From positions 1 through 64,000 of the forward strand of contig JANOTL010000094.1 in assembly GCA_031416315.1 (NCBI GenBank): a stretch of DNA of 64,000 bases, given 5' to 3'. Positions 1 to 10,655 of the stretch are shown piece after piece. Below the pieces are notes generated by a model that did no database searches, had not been told where the DNA came from, and saw only the letters and a program-made list of their open reading frames with translations. A program made the position numbers and the translations under genes. Within the stretch, counting starts at the first letter, position 1; each line of letters opens with the position of its first letter. Source of the stretch: Pseudomonadota bacterium. GTDB taxonomy: Bacteria; Bdellovibrionota_B; Oligoflexia; Oligoflexales; CAIYRB01.

Positions 1-382
1 GGAGGGCGGTGCCGAACACACCGAGCAGGACGAGAATGGCAGTGCGCCGACCACGGGTTTCGCCGTTCGGCGGCATGACGAGCGCAGTGAGAGCGAGGAT
101 GCCGCCTTCGCCCTTGTTGTCGGCGCGCAGCACGAAGGCGAGATATTTGATCGAGATCACCACGATCAAAGACCAGACGATGAGCGACAGGACGCCGAGG
201 ACGTTGGCCGCGGTCGGCGGAATGCCGTGCGGGCCGTGGAAGCACTCGCGCATGGCATAAAGCGGGCTGGTGCCGATGTCGCCGTAGACGACGCCGAGCG
301 CTCCCAGGGTCGTGAGCGCGAGCGCGGACCCCGTTTTCGGGGCGGAAGAAGAATGCGAGGCGGAAGCCGGCGACGAGGACAT
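1..382 (-). CDS. kup: Potassium transporter Kup (KUP/HAK/KT), 5' part; runs off the left edge
   Basis: Manual translation of the minus strand from ATG at 382: MSSSPAS...[23 protein letters not shown]...LSLIVWSL...[21 protein letters not shown], the canonical Kup N-terminal motifs. AAGGA RBS upstream. Confidence 0.95.
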   Translation of the reverse strand, partial: MSSSPASASHSSSAPKTGSALALTTLGALGVVYGDIGTSPLYAMRECFHGPHGIPPTAANVLGVLSLIVWSLIVVISIKYLAFVLRADNKGEGGILALTALVMPPNGETRGRRTAILVLLGVFGTAL

Positions 383-475
383 GGGGCATCCTTCTCGAGA
401 CGAGGGCTTACGTGAGGCTTGGCTACAGAAATATGTAGCACTTTTGGTGGGTTAACGGAATCAGGAATTGACGGA

Positions 476-2851
476 TCAGGCGGGGCGACGCGACGTCTCG
501 ACCAGCTCCACCGCGACGTCGGCGTCCTCGACCACGGGCGCTTTCGCGACCGCCAGCCATTTGGCCAGAACGGCCGCGAGGTCGCGGGACTTGACGGGCT
601 TCGACACATAGTCGCTCATGCCGGCCGCGAGGCACTTCTCCCGGTCGCCGTTGATGGCATTGGCCGTCATCGCGATGATCGGGACGTTCCGGTTGGCGAG
701 CGTCGCGTCGCCGCGAATGCGCTTGGTCGCTTCGTAGCCATCCATCTCGGGCATTTGGCAGTCCATCAGCACGACGTCGAAAGTCCCGTTTTTCAGCGCG
801 GCAATAGCCGCGAGTCCCGTTTCGACGACGGTCACCGCGTAGCCCATCTTCTCCAGCGTCAGCACGGCCACCTTCTGGTTGACGGGGTTGTCCTCGGCGA
901 CGAGGACCCGAGCTCCGGTCATGACGCGACGCTCGGTGCGTTCGGTTTGGCTCTCGGCATGGACCGAGCGCCACTCCCCTCGCGCGAGCGGGACCTTGAA
1001 CCAAAACCTCGACCCGGCGCCGATCCGACTTTCGACTCCGATCTCGCCGCCCATCAGCTCAACGAGGCGCTTGCAGATCGACAGACCGAGCCCGGTGCCG
1101 CCGTACTTGCGCGTCGTCGAGGAATCCGCCTGGGAGAACGGGGTGAAGAGCCGCGCTATTTGCTCCGGGGTAAGCCCGATGCCGCTGTCCGTCACCGCAA
1201 ACTCGATCCGTGACCCGTGCTCGGAGTGACTTTCCTCGGTGACGCAAACCTTGACGGTCCCGACCGAGGTGAACTTGATGGCGTTCCCGATCAAGTTGGT
1301 CAAGATCTGGCGCAGCCGCCCGGGATCGCCTTTGAAGTAGGTGGAGCTCGCCACCTCGCTCTCGAGCGCCAGCGTCAGCCCTTTGTTGGCGGCGGCGACG
1401 GAGAAGGCGCCTTTCAGATCGCCGAGCAGCGGCGCGAGATCGAAGTTCACGGTCTCGAGGTCGATCTTGCCGGCTTCGACCTTCGAGAAGTCCAGGACGT
1501 CGTTGATAATGGAGAGCAAAGATTCCGCCGACCGGTAGATCGTGTCGACGTAATCGCGCTGCTCGCCCGTGAGCGAAAGGTCGCGCAAGAGGCCGGCCAT
1601 CCCGATGACGCCGTTGATGGGCGTCCGAATCTCGTGGCTCATGTTGGCCAGGAACTCCGATTTGTGCCTCGCGGACTGGAGCGCGATCTCCTCGGCTTTC
1701 TCCTTGGCCGCGAAGGCCGTGGCGTTCGCCATGGCCGAAGCGAGGAGGCCGCCGATGAGCTGCAGCGTCTCGATCTCGCGCGGGCCAAAGGCATGGGGAA
1801 GCGCGGCGATCGTCTTCAGGACGGCGATGGTCTGGTCGCCCTGCCGCAAGGGAACCGCGATCATCGAGCGCGCCCCGACCTTGCGACACGCGACCCGATC
1901 GACGCGAGGATCCGTCTCCGAATCCTCGCAGTGCAGAATCTCCCCGCTCGCCGTGCAAAGACCCGAAAGGCTCCCGGCACGTTTCACGCGAAATCCGACT
2001 TTGTCCGCAAGGGTCCCGCTCGCCGAGCGATTAAGCATGTCGTCGCCGTCGGGAACTTCGATGACGGCCCCGCTCGCCCCGGTCAGGCTCTCGGTGCGCG
2101 TGACGACGATGCGCATGACTGCGTCGAGATCGAGGGTCGAAAGTGCGACATCCTGCTGGGTCGCGATCACTTCCGAAAGGCGCTTCTCCTCGCGGCGCAA
2201 AGTCGCCTCCGCCCGCTTTCGTTCCCGCAATTCGCGGCTGACGACGATGGCCGCGCCACCGACCAAAAGGAAGGCCACGATCAGGCCGAACCCGACGATG
2301 GCCACGGTGCGGCGCACCGTCGTATCGGCCAACGCCGCCCGCTCGGCGAGGCGATCTCTCTCGCTGGCCCGGAGACGGCCGAAGATCAGCCGCAGCTCAT
2401 CCATGTAGGCCCTGCCGACTCCGCTCTGGACAATGCGAATGGCCTCAGCATGGTGGCCGCCTTTACTGAGGGAAATCGTCCTTTCGCTGATCGCGGCCTT
2501 GTCCTTCCAGAGAGCCTCGAACCGCGGGAGATCGGCGACGTCGCCGTTGATGTCGGTCAAATTTTTGTGAAAGGACCTGAAGCGCTCCGCAAGCGAAACC
2601 ATCGCCCTGTTATAAGGCTCGAGAAATTCCTCCTGCTGGGTCAAGAGGTAGCCGCGTTGACCCGTCTCGAGGTCGACCATCAAGCCGAGCACCTCGTCGA
2701 GGCCGACCAAGACCCGCTCCGATTGCACGCGTGCGGCGGCCGTCTCGACGATTCTTGTCAACATCTGCAGGCATACGGTGCCGATGATCGCGATCACGAT
2801 GGCGACCGACGCGAGCCAGACGGCGGTGCGATTTTTGAATTGTCTTGCCAT
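476..2851 (-). CDS. Hybrid sensor histidine kinase (TM-CHASE3-TM-GAF-HisKA-HATPase-REC)
   Basis: [12 protein letters not shown] (CHASE3), GAF segment, [13 protein letters not shown]-box, GGTGLGL G2 box, C-terminal REC ([12 protein letters not shown]). Start taken at ATG 2851; the ORF track uses TTG 2857. Confidence 0.93.
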   Translation of the reverse strand: MARQFKNRTAVWLASVAIVIAIIGTVCLQMLTRIVETAAARVQSERVLVGLDEVLGLMVDLETGQRGYLLTQQEEFLEPYNRAMVSLAERFRSFHKNLTDINGDVADLPRFEALWKDKAAISERTISLSKGGHHAEAIRIVQSGVGRAYMDELRLIFGRLRASERDRLAERAALADTTVRRTVAIVGFGLIVAFLLVGGAAIVVSRELRERKRAEATLRREEKRLSEVIATQQDVALSTLDLDAVMRIVVTRTESLTGASGAVIEVPDGDDMLNRSASGTLADKVGFRVKRAGSLSGLCTASGEILHCEDSETDPRVDRVACRKVGARSMIAVPLRQGDQTIAVLKTIAALPHAFGPREIETLQLIGGLLASAMANATAFAAKEKAEEIALQSARHKSEFLANMSHEIRTPINGVIGMAGLLRDLSLTGEQRDYVDTIYRSAESLLSIINDVLDFSKVEAGKIDLETVNFDLAPLLGDLKGAFSVAAANKGLTLALESEVASSTYFKGDPGRLRQILTNLIGNAIKFTSVGTVKVCVTEESHSEHGSRIEFAVTDSGIGLTPEQIARLFTPFSQADSSTTRKYGGTGLGLSICKRLVELMGGEIGVESRIGAGSRFWFKVPLARGEWRSVHAESQTERTERRVMTGARVLVAEDNPVNQKVAVLTLEKMGYAVTVVETGLAAIAALKNGTFDVVLMDCQMPEMDGYEATKRIRGDATLANRNVPIIAMTANAINGDREKCLAAGMSDYVSKPVKSRDLAAVLAKWLAVAKAPVVEDADVAVELVETSRRPA

Positions 2852-3012
2852 CGGCAACGGCTCGCTGAGGCTGGAGACCCGTACTTAAACCAACACCTTA
2901 GGCAATCGGCACGGCGAGGCGCAGACATTAACCGTTTTTATCCCCGGCAAAGCTCAAGTAGCGAATAATTGAGACCGAATGGAAGGGGCCTTGGCAAAAA
3001 CGAGGAAAAGAC

Positions 3013-5264
3013 TTGCCCACCCCAGAATCATCACGCTCCACATCGAGCTCCGCCGACGATGTCCTCCTGCGTCTGGGCCCCCTGGTTCCTCGAATCGCGG
3101 GCTCGATGGTCGTGGCAATTGGAGCGACGGTTCTACTCGGCTGGGCGACAGACAATGCGACGCTGAAAAGTTTGTCTCCGGGCTGGATCGCGATGCGCGC
3201 GAATACGGCTTTGTGCCTGTCTCTCTCGGGGGCGATCCTGATCGCATGGACTTTCCCGTCGACTTGCGACCGGCCGGTCATGAGACTTGCGCGCGCCGTC
3301 GCCGCCCTCGTCGTCATGGCGCTCGGATTCCTGACCTTGGTGCAGTTTGCAACCGGCGCCGACCTGGGTGTCGACCAACTGCTCTTCCAGCAATTGGGAC
3401 CGATCGCCGGGACGCTGCCGCCCGGCCGAATGGCGCCGAATACGAGTCTCAACTTCGTCTTGTTGGGCGCCGCTTTTTTGCTGTCCGAATGGCGGGGTCG
3501 GCAGCGAAAATCGCTGGTCGACGGCCTGGCTTCTACACCATCGAGTTCGGCGTCGCGCTGACGGTCATCGCCACGATGACCCTTCTGACGATCCTTACGC
3601 GGCGTGTCGCCGGCCTAGTCGGCACGATGGACGAGGAGAAAAGGCGGCGCGTCGCGCGCGAAGAGGCTGCCCTGGAGTCGACACGGCTCAAGTCGGAATT
3701 CCTTGCGAACATGAGTCACGAGATCCGGACGCCCATGAACGGCGTGGTCGGCATGACGGGCCTCTTGCTCGATACGGAGCTGACGCTCGAGCAAAGGGAT
3801 TTCGCCGAGACGATCCGACGTAGCGCCGACTCGCTCCTGACCATCTTGAACGACATCCTGGATTTTTCGAAAATCGAAGCTGGAAAGCTCACGTTCGAAG
3901 AGACCGAGTTCGAGCTCCTGCCTTGCATCGAGGGGGCCGTCGAGCTTCTCGCGTCCCCTGCTTACGCCAAAAGTCTCGAGCTCTCGCTGCTCGTTGGGGA
4001 CGATGTCCCCGCGGTCGTGATCGGCGACCCCGGACGGATTCGGCAGATCCTCACCAACCTGATCGGCAACGCCATCAAGTTCACGGCGAGCGGAGAAGTC
4101 GTCGTGCGGGTCGAGCTGGACAAGAAGCATGCAGACGCCGTGTCTCTCCGCTTCGCCGTCAAGGATTCGGGCATCGGCATCTCCGCGGACAACCAAAAAA
4201 GACTCTTTCAGCCGTTTACTCAGGCCGATGCGTCCATGACGCGAAGGTTCGGAGGGACGGGGCTCGGCCTCGCGATCTCGCGCCAACTCGCGGAAATGAT
4301 GGGCGGCATCCTGCAAGTCGAGAGCGCCGAGGGGACCGGCGCGACATTTTCGTTCACGGTCACGCTGAAGGCTTCGACGCAGCAACACATGCTTCCTCCC
4401 GCGCCGGTACAGTTGCGCGGCTTGCGCGCCCTGGTGGTCGACGACAACGAAACCAACCTCCGCATCCTCGGCCATCAGCTGAAGGCATTTGGCATGGAGA
4501 GCGAATGCGTGACGAGTGGCGCAGCCGCGCTTATCGCCCTCGGTCGGACTGTCTCGACGGCGCGGTTCGACGTCGCCATCGTCGACATGCAAATGCCGGA
4601 GATGAACGGCCTGATGCTCGCGAAGGCTATCCTTGACGATGGCCGGGCCTTCAAGCTTCCGATCATCATGTTGACCTCGGCCGGTCAAATCAAGGCGCAG
4701 GACCTCGAGCGCGTCGGCATTCACTCGTGTCTGACCAAACCCGCGAAGAGACATCAGCTCCTCGCCGGCCTCGTTGCCCTCGTATCGGACAAGAGCGTTG
4801 AAAGCTCGCGCTCCACGCAGCCCAGCGTCGACGCGTCGAAGAAGCCGGTCTCGACGTTCGAGGGGCTGAGAGTCTTGGTCGCGGAAGACAACTCGATCAA
4901 CCAGAAAATCATCAACCTTCAGCTGACGAAGCTCGGCATTCAGGCCGATACCGTCGGAAATGGGCTCGAGGCTCTCGCGCAGCTCACCCGCATTCCCTAC
5001 GACATCGTCCTGATGGACTGCCAGATGCCGGAGATGAACGGATTCGATGCGACCGAGCGCATTCGCGCCGACGCGCGGCTCGCCCAACGCGTCGTGGTCA
5101 TCGCGATGACCGCGCATGCCCTTGCCGGGGACCGGGAACGATGCCTTGCAGCCGGCATGGACGACTACATTCCCAAGCCGATCAAGCTCGAGGACCTTCG
5201 GGAAAAGCTCGCCCACTATCATGCGCTGAAGATCTCAGGCGCAATGATGCGAAAGGCTAGCTGA
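3013..5264 (+). pseudogene. Membrane hybrid histidine kinase (TM sensor-HisKA-HATPase-REC-REC) split by a frameshift near 3525; the cytoplasmic part is intact
   Basis: Frame 3013-3561 encodes a hydrophobic sensor (GW...[24 protein letters not shown]). The kinase core ([12 protein letters not shown], two REC domains) lies in the 2979-5264 frame, whose first ~180 aa look non-coding. Confidence 0.72.
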
Positions 5265-5267
5265 AGC

Positions 5268-6665
5268 CTAAGGCTTCCGCGGCATTGCAATTCCGCGGCG
5301 CACCATTTCGCCCCAGACGTGCTTGCCGCGGAGCCAACGATAGATTCCGCGCATTCGCCAATAAAGGTGGATCTGGCGGAAGCCGATCTGCTCGATCAAG
5401 GCGCCGATAACGAGCTTCAATAGGTCCAGGGGCGCGCGATACCTTTCGAACGTCATCTGATCAACGATCACCGCGGCTAGGTTCAAAATCGCGCCGTAGA
5501 CTAGGGTCACGGCGAGAAAGAGGCCCGTGATCCAAGGGTCGGTGTAGCCGAGCCAAAGGCCCGCTACGATCGAGACATAGCCGACCACCTCGAGCGGCGC
5601 CGCCAGCGCCTCGAACACGGTGAGGAAAGGCAGGGCGACCCATCCGACCATGCCGCTTCCGCGCTTCATCATGGTGCGCCGCGTACGCCACAGGCTGTCG
5701 CAGAGCCCTTGCTGCCACCGGCTGCGCTGCCGTCCGAGGGTCCCCATGTCGCTGGGCGCCTCGGTCCAGCAAACGGGATCCGGCAGGAATTGGACGCGGT
5801 AAGGCTCGTTGTGGTCGATGGCGTGAGCGTGCATACGTAGGAGAAGCTCCATGTCTTCGCCGATCGATCCCTTCGCATAGCCGCCGACCTTGATGACGGC
5901 GTCCTTCTTGAAGACGCCGAAGGCACCGCTGATGATCGTCGTGCAGCCCAGGAGGTCCCACCCCATGCGGCCGACGAGAAAGGCGCGGAGGTACTCGACC
6001 GCCTGAATGAGGTCGAGCGGCCGCCATGGAATCACGGAGGCTCGACCCGCTTGCGCCGCTTCTTCGCGGCCGTTGACGATGGCGATCGTGCCACCAGTCG
6101 CGATCACGCGGTCGGGATCCTCAAAAAATGGCAACGTGACGCGCGCTAGGCCGTCGGAATCGAGCACGCTGTCGGAGTCGACGCAGCAGATTAGGGGATG
6201 GCGGCTGAAGTTAATCGCGGCATTCAGCGCGTCCGCCTTGCCGCCGTTATCCTTGTCGACGACAACCAAGTTCGGTCGCGACGGGGCGACGTAGACGGCG
6301 CGCACCTTGGCGCAAGGCAGGATTTGCGGCAAGAATGCGTCGGTCTTGACCATATCGAACAGGCGGATGAGCACGCCGAGCGTGTCGTCTTTGGCGCCGT
6401 CGTTGACGACGATGACTTCGAAGTCGGGGTAATCGAGCTGAAGCATCGAAAGCACCGACGCGTGGATCGACTTTTCCTCGTTGTACGCCGGGACCAGGAT
6501 GCTGATAGGGGTCAAGGCCCGCATCGGCCGGAGCTTGTCGATGAAATTGAGCCGTGACTCCAGATGTTGACGCCGCGCGTTGACGTAACCACATATCAAG
6601 ACGATCAGGTAACAGGAGTTTGCGACCGCGAAGTAGGCGATCATGACCAGCGAGATCGCCTCCAT
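5268..6665 (-). CDS. GT2 processive glycosyltransferase (PgaC/IcaA-like polysaccharide synthase)
   Basis: VPAYNEE, VNDG..D, NGGKADALN, DSD, GEDME, QRSRW (QxxRW), C-terminal TM helices. ATG 6665 overlaps the upstream stop (TGATG). Confidence 0.93.
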   Translation of the reverse strand: MEAISLVMIAYFAVANSCYLIVLICGYVNARRQHLESRLNFIDKLRPMRALTPISILVPAYNEEKSIHASVLSMLQLDYPDFEVIVVNDGAKDDTLGVLIRLFDMVKTDAFLPQILPCAKVRAVYVAPSRPNLVVVDKDNGGKADALNAAINFSRHPLICCVDSDSVLDSDGLARVTLPFFEDPDRVIATGGTIAIVNGREEAAQAGRASVIPWRPLDLIQAVEYLRAFLVGRMGWDLLGCTTIISGAFGVFKKDAVIKVGGYAKGSIGEDMELLLRMHAHAIDHNEPYRVQFLPDPVCWTEAPSDMGTLGRQRSRWQQGLCDSLWRTRRTMMKRGSGMVGWVALPFLTVFEALAAPLEVVGYVSIVAGLWLGYTDPWITGLFLAVTLVYGAILNLAAVIVDQMTFERYRAPLDLLKLVIGALIEQIGFRQIHLYWRMRGIYRWLRGKHVWGEMVRRGIAMPRKP

Positions 6666-7726
6666 CAAGCTGCCCCTTTCTGAGGGCGTGCGACCGAAAA
6701 ACGCCGCCACATTAGGTGCGCCGGATGAGCCGGATCCTGGGCGATGACTTCGATCTCAAGGTCCGCTCGTAGCTCCACCAGGCTCGTGACCGCGGCCAAA
6801 CGCACCTGATAGCTGCTATCGACTGCGAGACGTCCGAGCATGTCCGCGGCCGCTGGGTCGCCGAACCGGCTCAGAGCTTCGGCGACAGCCTGGCGGATGC
6901 CGGCGATTTTGTTCTCCGCAAGAAAGCCGATTGCCGCGAGGGAGTCACGGGAGGGATGGCTTCCGAGCGCTTTCACGCCCGCAAGGAGCAACGACGCGGA
7001 GGAATCCGCGCGAAGCGCTCGCACGATGCGGTGCTCGGCTCCGAGGCTCGGATACTGCGCCAGGACGAGCAACAGGATCTCGCGGTGCGCGTCGCGATCG
7101 ACGTGATCGAGAAGGTGCGGCAAGATCTCCGGGGTGTGCTGCGCGAGGCATGCCGCGAGGTGGACCAGCACGCCCTTGCGAGCCTTGCGCTTCGCCGTCT
7201 CCTCGACGATGTAGTGAAGGACCCAAGGCAACGCCGCGCGCCCCTTTGCGGCGATGAGGTACTCCATGGCGGCCCATCGTGCGCTCGGCAGCCTGTCTGA
7301 GAGCAGGATGGACCAAGCTTCTTCCGGCAGAGGAATCAGAAGGGCTCGGCACCGCTCCATCGCCAAGAGCCGCGTTTGCCGGCGACCATGCGCCATAGCG
7401 CGAAAATCGCCCCGCGTGAACTCAAGCGTCGTGTAAAGAATCATGAGCTTCGAAAGGAGATCACCAGAGAGGCCGCGCCCGACCTTGATGATGTGCTCTC
7501 GCAAGGCGACGGTCCGCGTCATCTCAGCGGCCAGCTTCGGGTCGCCGCTCTGGATGAATTGAAGGATCCGCCGTTCGTCGGCCTCGATGTTGCGGGCAGC
7601 GTATCGGCTTCGTGCGTCGCGGGCGATCCGTGCCACGACGATGCCACCGGCGATCGTCAGGAACGATCCGAATCCGACGGCGAGCGCCAGGGTCAGGAGA
7701 CGCGGCGTGAGGGTCAGAAGCTCCAC
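6665..7726 (-). CDS. HEAT-repeat protein with N-terminal TM helix
   Basis: N-terminal hydrophobic helix and helical repeats (IRQAVAEALSRFG, VRLAAVTSL). GTG 7726 has a GGAGG RBS. Confidence 0.8.
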   Translation of the reverse strand: MELLTLTPRLLTLALAVGFGSFLTIAGGIVVARIARDARSRYAARNIEADERRILQFIQSGDPKLAAEMTRTVALREHIIKVGRGLSGDLLSKLMILYTTLEFTRGDFRAMAHGRRQTRLLAMERCRALLIPLPEEAWSILLSDRLPSARWAAMEYLIAAKGRAALPWVLHYIVEETAKRKARKGVLVHLAACLAQHTPEILPHLLDHVDRDAHREILLLVLAQYPSLGAEHRIVRALRADSSASLLLAGVKALGSHPSRDSLAAIGFLAENKIAGIRQAVAEALSRFGDPAAADMLGRLAVDSSYQVRLAAVTSLVELRADLEIEVIAQDPAHPAHLMWRRFSVARPQKGAA

Positions 7727-8892
7727 GTGGCCCCGCCTCCGAACATGCGCTGAAGCGCCGTTTCGTCGGTGCGCCACTCCGCGTCGATGAAGAGACCGAA
7801 GCCCTGCGGCTCCGACCACGCGAGCTTAGTACCTATGGCCTTGAAGTCGGTCGTGCGTTCCCCTGAGCCTAAAAGATGAGGCCGGACCGCCTCGGCGCGG
7901 CCGGCCGCGCCCCAAAGCTCGGGGGTAAAGCTCTGCCAGCCGTACTGCGCTCGGAGCAGGAGGGCACTTCCCGCCTTGGAGCGGAAGAGCTTGACGAGGC
8001 CGTGGGCGTTGCCTCGGTATAAGCCGGCGTTGGCCGTGCCGAGCGATGCCGTCTCCGATTCGTGCTGCGACACGCGGAGCTCGGCGCCGAGATAGACGCC
8101 GTCGGCAACAAAGCCTTCGTGCCGAGCGGAAGCCATGCGGCGGTAGACGCTTTCGGGCTCGTCCACGCTCGTACCCAAGGATAGCTCGAAGAGCTGGCGC
8201 GCACCCCAATAACGGCCGGCGGTGGCTGCGATCGTCGCATCCTGCGTCGTCGCGTCACCCAGGCTCCTCGTCAGCGACAAAACTTCGACTCGCCCCAGCC
8301 ATCGCGAGCGCTCGTAAAATAGCGAAGCCCGCGCCTCGTTGGCCGTGAGATCGGCCGCCTGCTGGTACCGGTGCATCTCAAGGACGACGAGGCCAGGTGC
8401 GCGCGCGGTCTCGCTGGCGCGTAGCGCGCGGTCGAGCTTGTCTTTCAGCTCGATGCTGGGCGCGCTTTTACCTTTCGACTTGGTCGCGAGCCCATAGGCG
8501 CGGGCCGCCGCGGCATACTCCCCGGCATACCAATGCAGATCGCCATCGAGCTCGTGCCCCTCGCGGTCCAAGGGTGCCCAAGCTTCTAAGTCGGCACGTG
8601 CCCGCCGGTGGTCGCCCGACCAGGCCCGGACGCGGGTGCGTTGAAAGCTCAAGTCCCTGTTCTTCGGATGAACCGTCTGCGCCCTGGCGAGACAGACGTC
8701 GGCCGCCTCGAGATCTTTCGTGCGCGCCAACCTGCGAGCGGCCTCGAGCGCCGAGGCGACGCTTTGGGCGCAAGGATCTCCCGCCTCGCTCGCGGCCTGC
8801 GCGAAGACGATTCCGATCGATGCATCAGCCCAAAATATGATTGAGGCGAAGCACCAACTCAGGAACGTTGTACGGTTTGGCAATGAAGTCAT
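7714..8892 (-). CDS. TPR plus YaiO-like outer-membrane beta-barrel protein
   Basis: Signal-like N terminus, TPR-like helices (RVRAWSGD, LHWYAGEYAAAARAY), amphipathic beta strands ending in GGGATWSF (terminal Phe, barrel signal). Start uncertain because it overlaps the upstream RR. Confidence 0.65.
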   Translation of the reverse strand: MTSLPNRTTFLSWCFASIIFWADASIGIVFAQAASEAGDPCAQSVASALEAARRLARTKDLEAADVCLARAQTVHPKNRDLSFQRTRVRAWSGDHRRARADLEAWAPLDREGHELDGDLHWYAGEYAAAARAYGLATKSKGKSAPSIELKDKLDRALRASETARAPGLVVLEMHRYQQAADLTANEARASLFYERSRWLGRVEVLSLTRSLGDATTQDATIAATAGRYWGARQLFELSLGTSVDEPESVYRRMASARHEGFVADGVYLGAELRVSQHESETASLGTANAGLYRGNAHGLVKLFRSKAGSALLLRAQYGWQSFTPELWGAAGRAEAVRPHLLGSGERTTDFKAIGTKLAWSEPQGFGLFIDAEWRTDETALQRMFGGGATWSF

Positions 8893-9367
8893 GGGCCCCG
8901 GATTCCAGGACCGCGACGCGGTCCTTGTCGTAACTGCGCGACGAGCCGATCAGCACCTTGACGGAGCTCGTTTCCGGGTCGGCTTTCAGACGTTGCAGGA
9001 GCTCGAAGCCAGTCATCTGCGGCATCATCAGATCCATCAACACGATATCTGGACGCCGGGCTTTGATCAGCGCGATCGCCTGCGTTGGATCGGACAAGGT
9101 GAAGACCTCGAAGGCGCCCCTCTTGGGCAAGAGATACGTCAAGGTCCGCTGGACGTCTTCGTCGTCGTCGACGATCAGAACGGACCGCTTCCTCGCCGGT
9201 TGACCGGCGAGCACCGCCGGCGCCCCTCCGAGAGTTGCCGTGATCTCAGCGGCGATGGTACGCGCCTCGGTCAAGAGGAGCTTCGCCTCTAGCGAGAGGT
9301 CGCGATCTTGAACCTCGTCCAGCTTTGCTTTCAGCCGCAACGCCAGTTGCTTGACGGCCTCGGTCAT
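8825..9367 (-). CDS. Response regulator (N-terminal helical extension plus REC)
   Basis: VLIVDDD, VLMDLMMPQMTGFE, GAHDFIAKPY. Confidence 0.9.
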   Translation of the reverse strand: MTEAVKQLALRLKAKLDEVQDRDLSLEAKLLLTEARTIAAEITATLGGAPAVLAGQPARKRSVLIVDDDEDVQRTLTYLLPKRGAFEVFTLSDPTQAIALIKARRPDIVLMDLMMPQMTGFELLQRLKADPETSSVKVLIGSSRSYDKDRVAVLESGAHDFIAKPYNVPELVLRLNHILG

Positions 9368-9720
9368 CGCATCTGCTCAAGGATGGTGGAGACGATTTCG
9401 CGCTCGAGCTGACGCGCCAAGGTCGCGAGGTCTGTGAATTTCACCGCGGCGCCGTCGACCTTGCCCGCATGGCCGAGGTCCTCCAGAGCCTGTGCGATGG
9501 CTACGGCCGGAAAAGCCCCGAAGATCGCAAGCGTGCTCTTGAAGGAGTGCGCCGCAAACTCCAGCGCCTTAGCATCGGCGCGTTCAACCGCGGCTTCGAC
9601 GGCCGCGAGCTGGCCCGGGGCGCGTTCGATGAAGTGTCTGGCGAGTTCGGCGACGAGTTCGTCCTCGTTGTCGAGGCGCTCGCGTACGCCGTCCAGGTCG
9701 AGAAGCCTTTGCGCCGCCAT
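9364..9720 (-). CDS. Hpt histidine phosphotransfer protein
   Basis: MAAQRLLDLD...LEFAAHSFKSTLAIFGA (Hpt H-box). ATG 9720 has an AGGAAG RBS and is coupled to the upstream stop. Confidence 0.9.
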   Translation of the reverse strand: MAAQRLLDLDGVRERLDNEDELVAELARHFIERAPGQLAAVEAAVERADAKALEFAAHSFKSTLAIFGAFPAVAIAQALEDLGHAGKVDGAAVKFTDLATLARQLEREIVSTILEQMR

Positions 9721-10433
9721 TATTCTTCCTCTTTCGGCTCGTTGAGAATGGTTAAGCGCACGCCGCCGCCATAAACGGTTTCGATCGCGACGGCCTCGCT
9801 CACGTCCCGGAGCGCCACGCGCACTTCGAAAATCTTTTTCCGGACGGCGTTTTCGCTCACGCTGATCCGGCCCCAAATTTTCGCGCGCAGCTCGTCTTTG
9901 GACACGACCGACCCCGGAGCGGAAGCCAAGCACAAAAGCAGAGAAGCGGCGGTTGTCGACAGGTACCTTACGACGCCGCACTGCTGGCCCACGCGTTCGA
10001 TCTGCCTCTTGACTCGATCGAAACGAAGGTCGCCCACGATCAGCTCGTCGCGGGCGGCCCGAGCCAGGAGCTCCGCGCGACGGACCCGGAGCCGGGCGTT
10101 GACCTCCGCACGGCTCAGCGGCTTACGGACGAAATCGTGGGCGCCAGCGGCGAGCGCTTTGGCAATTGTTTCCTCGACCCGGCTCGCCGTCACGACGATC
10201 ACGGGAGATTGCGGCCATAGCTCGCGCAAGGCCGGAACGAGGTCCAAGCCGCTTTCGCTGATGCCGAGGTGGATATCGACGAAGATGCCGAACGGGTGCG
10301 CGAGACTCGGCGCACGCTTGAGCAACGCCTGGCCCGAGGAAAAAGCCAAAGTAGGTAGGCCGACGAATCGCTCCACGATCGCGGAGACGATCGGGTCGTC
10401 GTCTAGCGTAACGGTGTACGAATCCGTCTTCAT
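9720..10433 (-). CDS. OmpR/PhoB-type response regulator (REC plus winged helix)
   Basis: LDDDP, FVDIHL, GAHDFVRKP, VVSKDELRAKIWG...IETVYGGG. ATG 10433 with AGGAG RBS. Confidence 0.88.
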   Translation of the reverse strand: MKTDSYTVTLDDDPIVSAIVERFVGLPTLAFSSGQALLKRAPSLAHPFGIFVDIHLGISESGLDLVPALRELWPQSPVIVVTASRVEETIAKALAAGAHDFVRKPLSRAEVNARLRVRRAELLARAARDELIVGDLRFDRVKRQIERVGQQCGVVRYLSTTAASLLLCLASAPGSVVSKDELRAKIWGRISVSENAVRKKIFEVRVALRDVSEAVAIETVYGGGVRLTILNEPKEEE

Positions 10434-10655
10434 TTCGTCGATTCTCCTGCTTTTCAAGGATCGGCACCTTAGACGCAACCTTTAGACTGCGCTGGCCGGA
10501 GTGTTACGAAGTCGGAACGGTTGTCGGCGGGAGACTCGGACATCCGTCCGTACTGGCTGGATTTTCTGTCTTGGCATCGCGCTAGCGCCAACCGGGACCA
10601 CTTTCGACCATCAAGTTTGGCGGCGATTTACGCGAAAGGTAGGACAGAGGTGCTT

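Noticed and set aside
383..475. Possible c-di-AMP (ydaO) riboswitch upstream of kup
   Set aside because: Only about 90 bp available and no convincing conserved core; just a short GCTACA-N6-TGTAGC dyad at 422-439.
1217..2968. Long antisense or alternate-frame ORFs (e.g. 1217-2968, 3615-5222, 24802-26670, 39798-41504, 42574-44052)
   Set aside because: Shadow ORFs expected in high-GC DNA opposite or overlapping well-supported genes; no motifs.
2979..3520. First ~180 aa of the 761-aa ORF as a genuine N terminus
   Set aside because: Arg/Pro-rich and non-protein-like; the overlapping 3013 frame encodes the recognisable membrane sensor.
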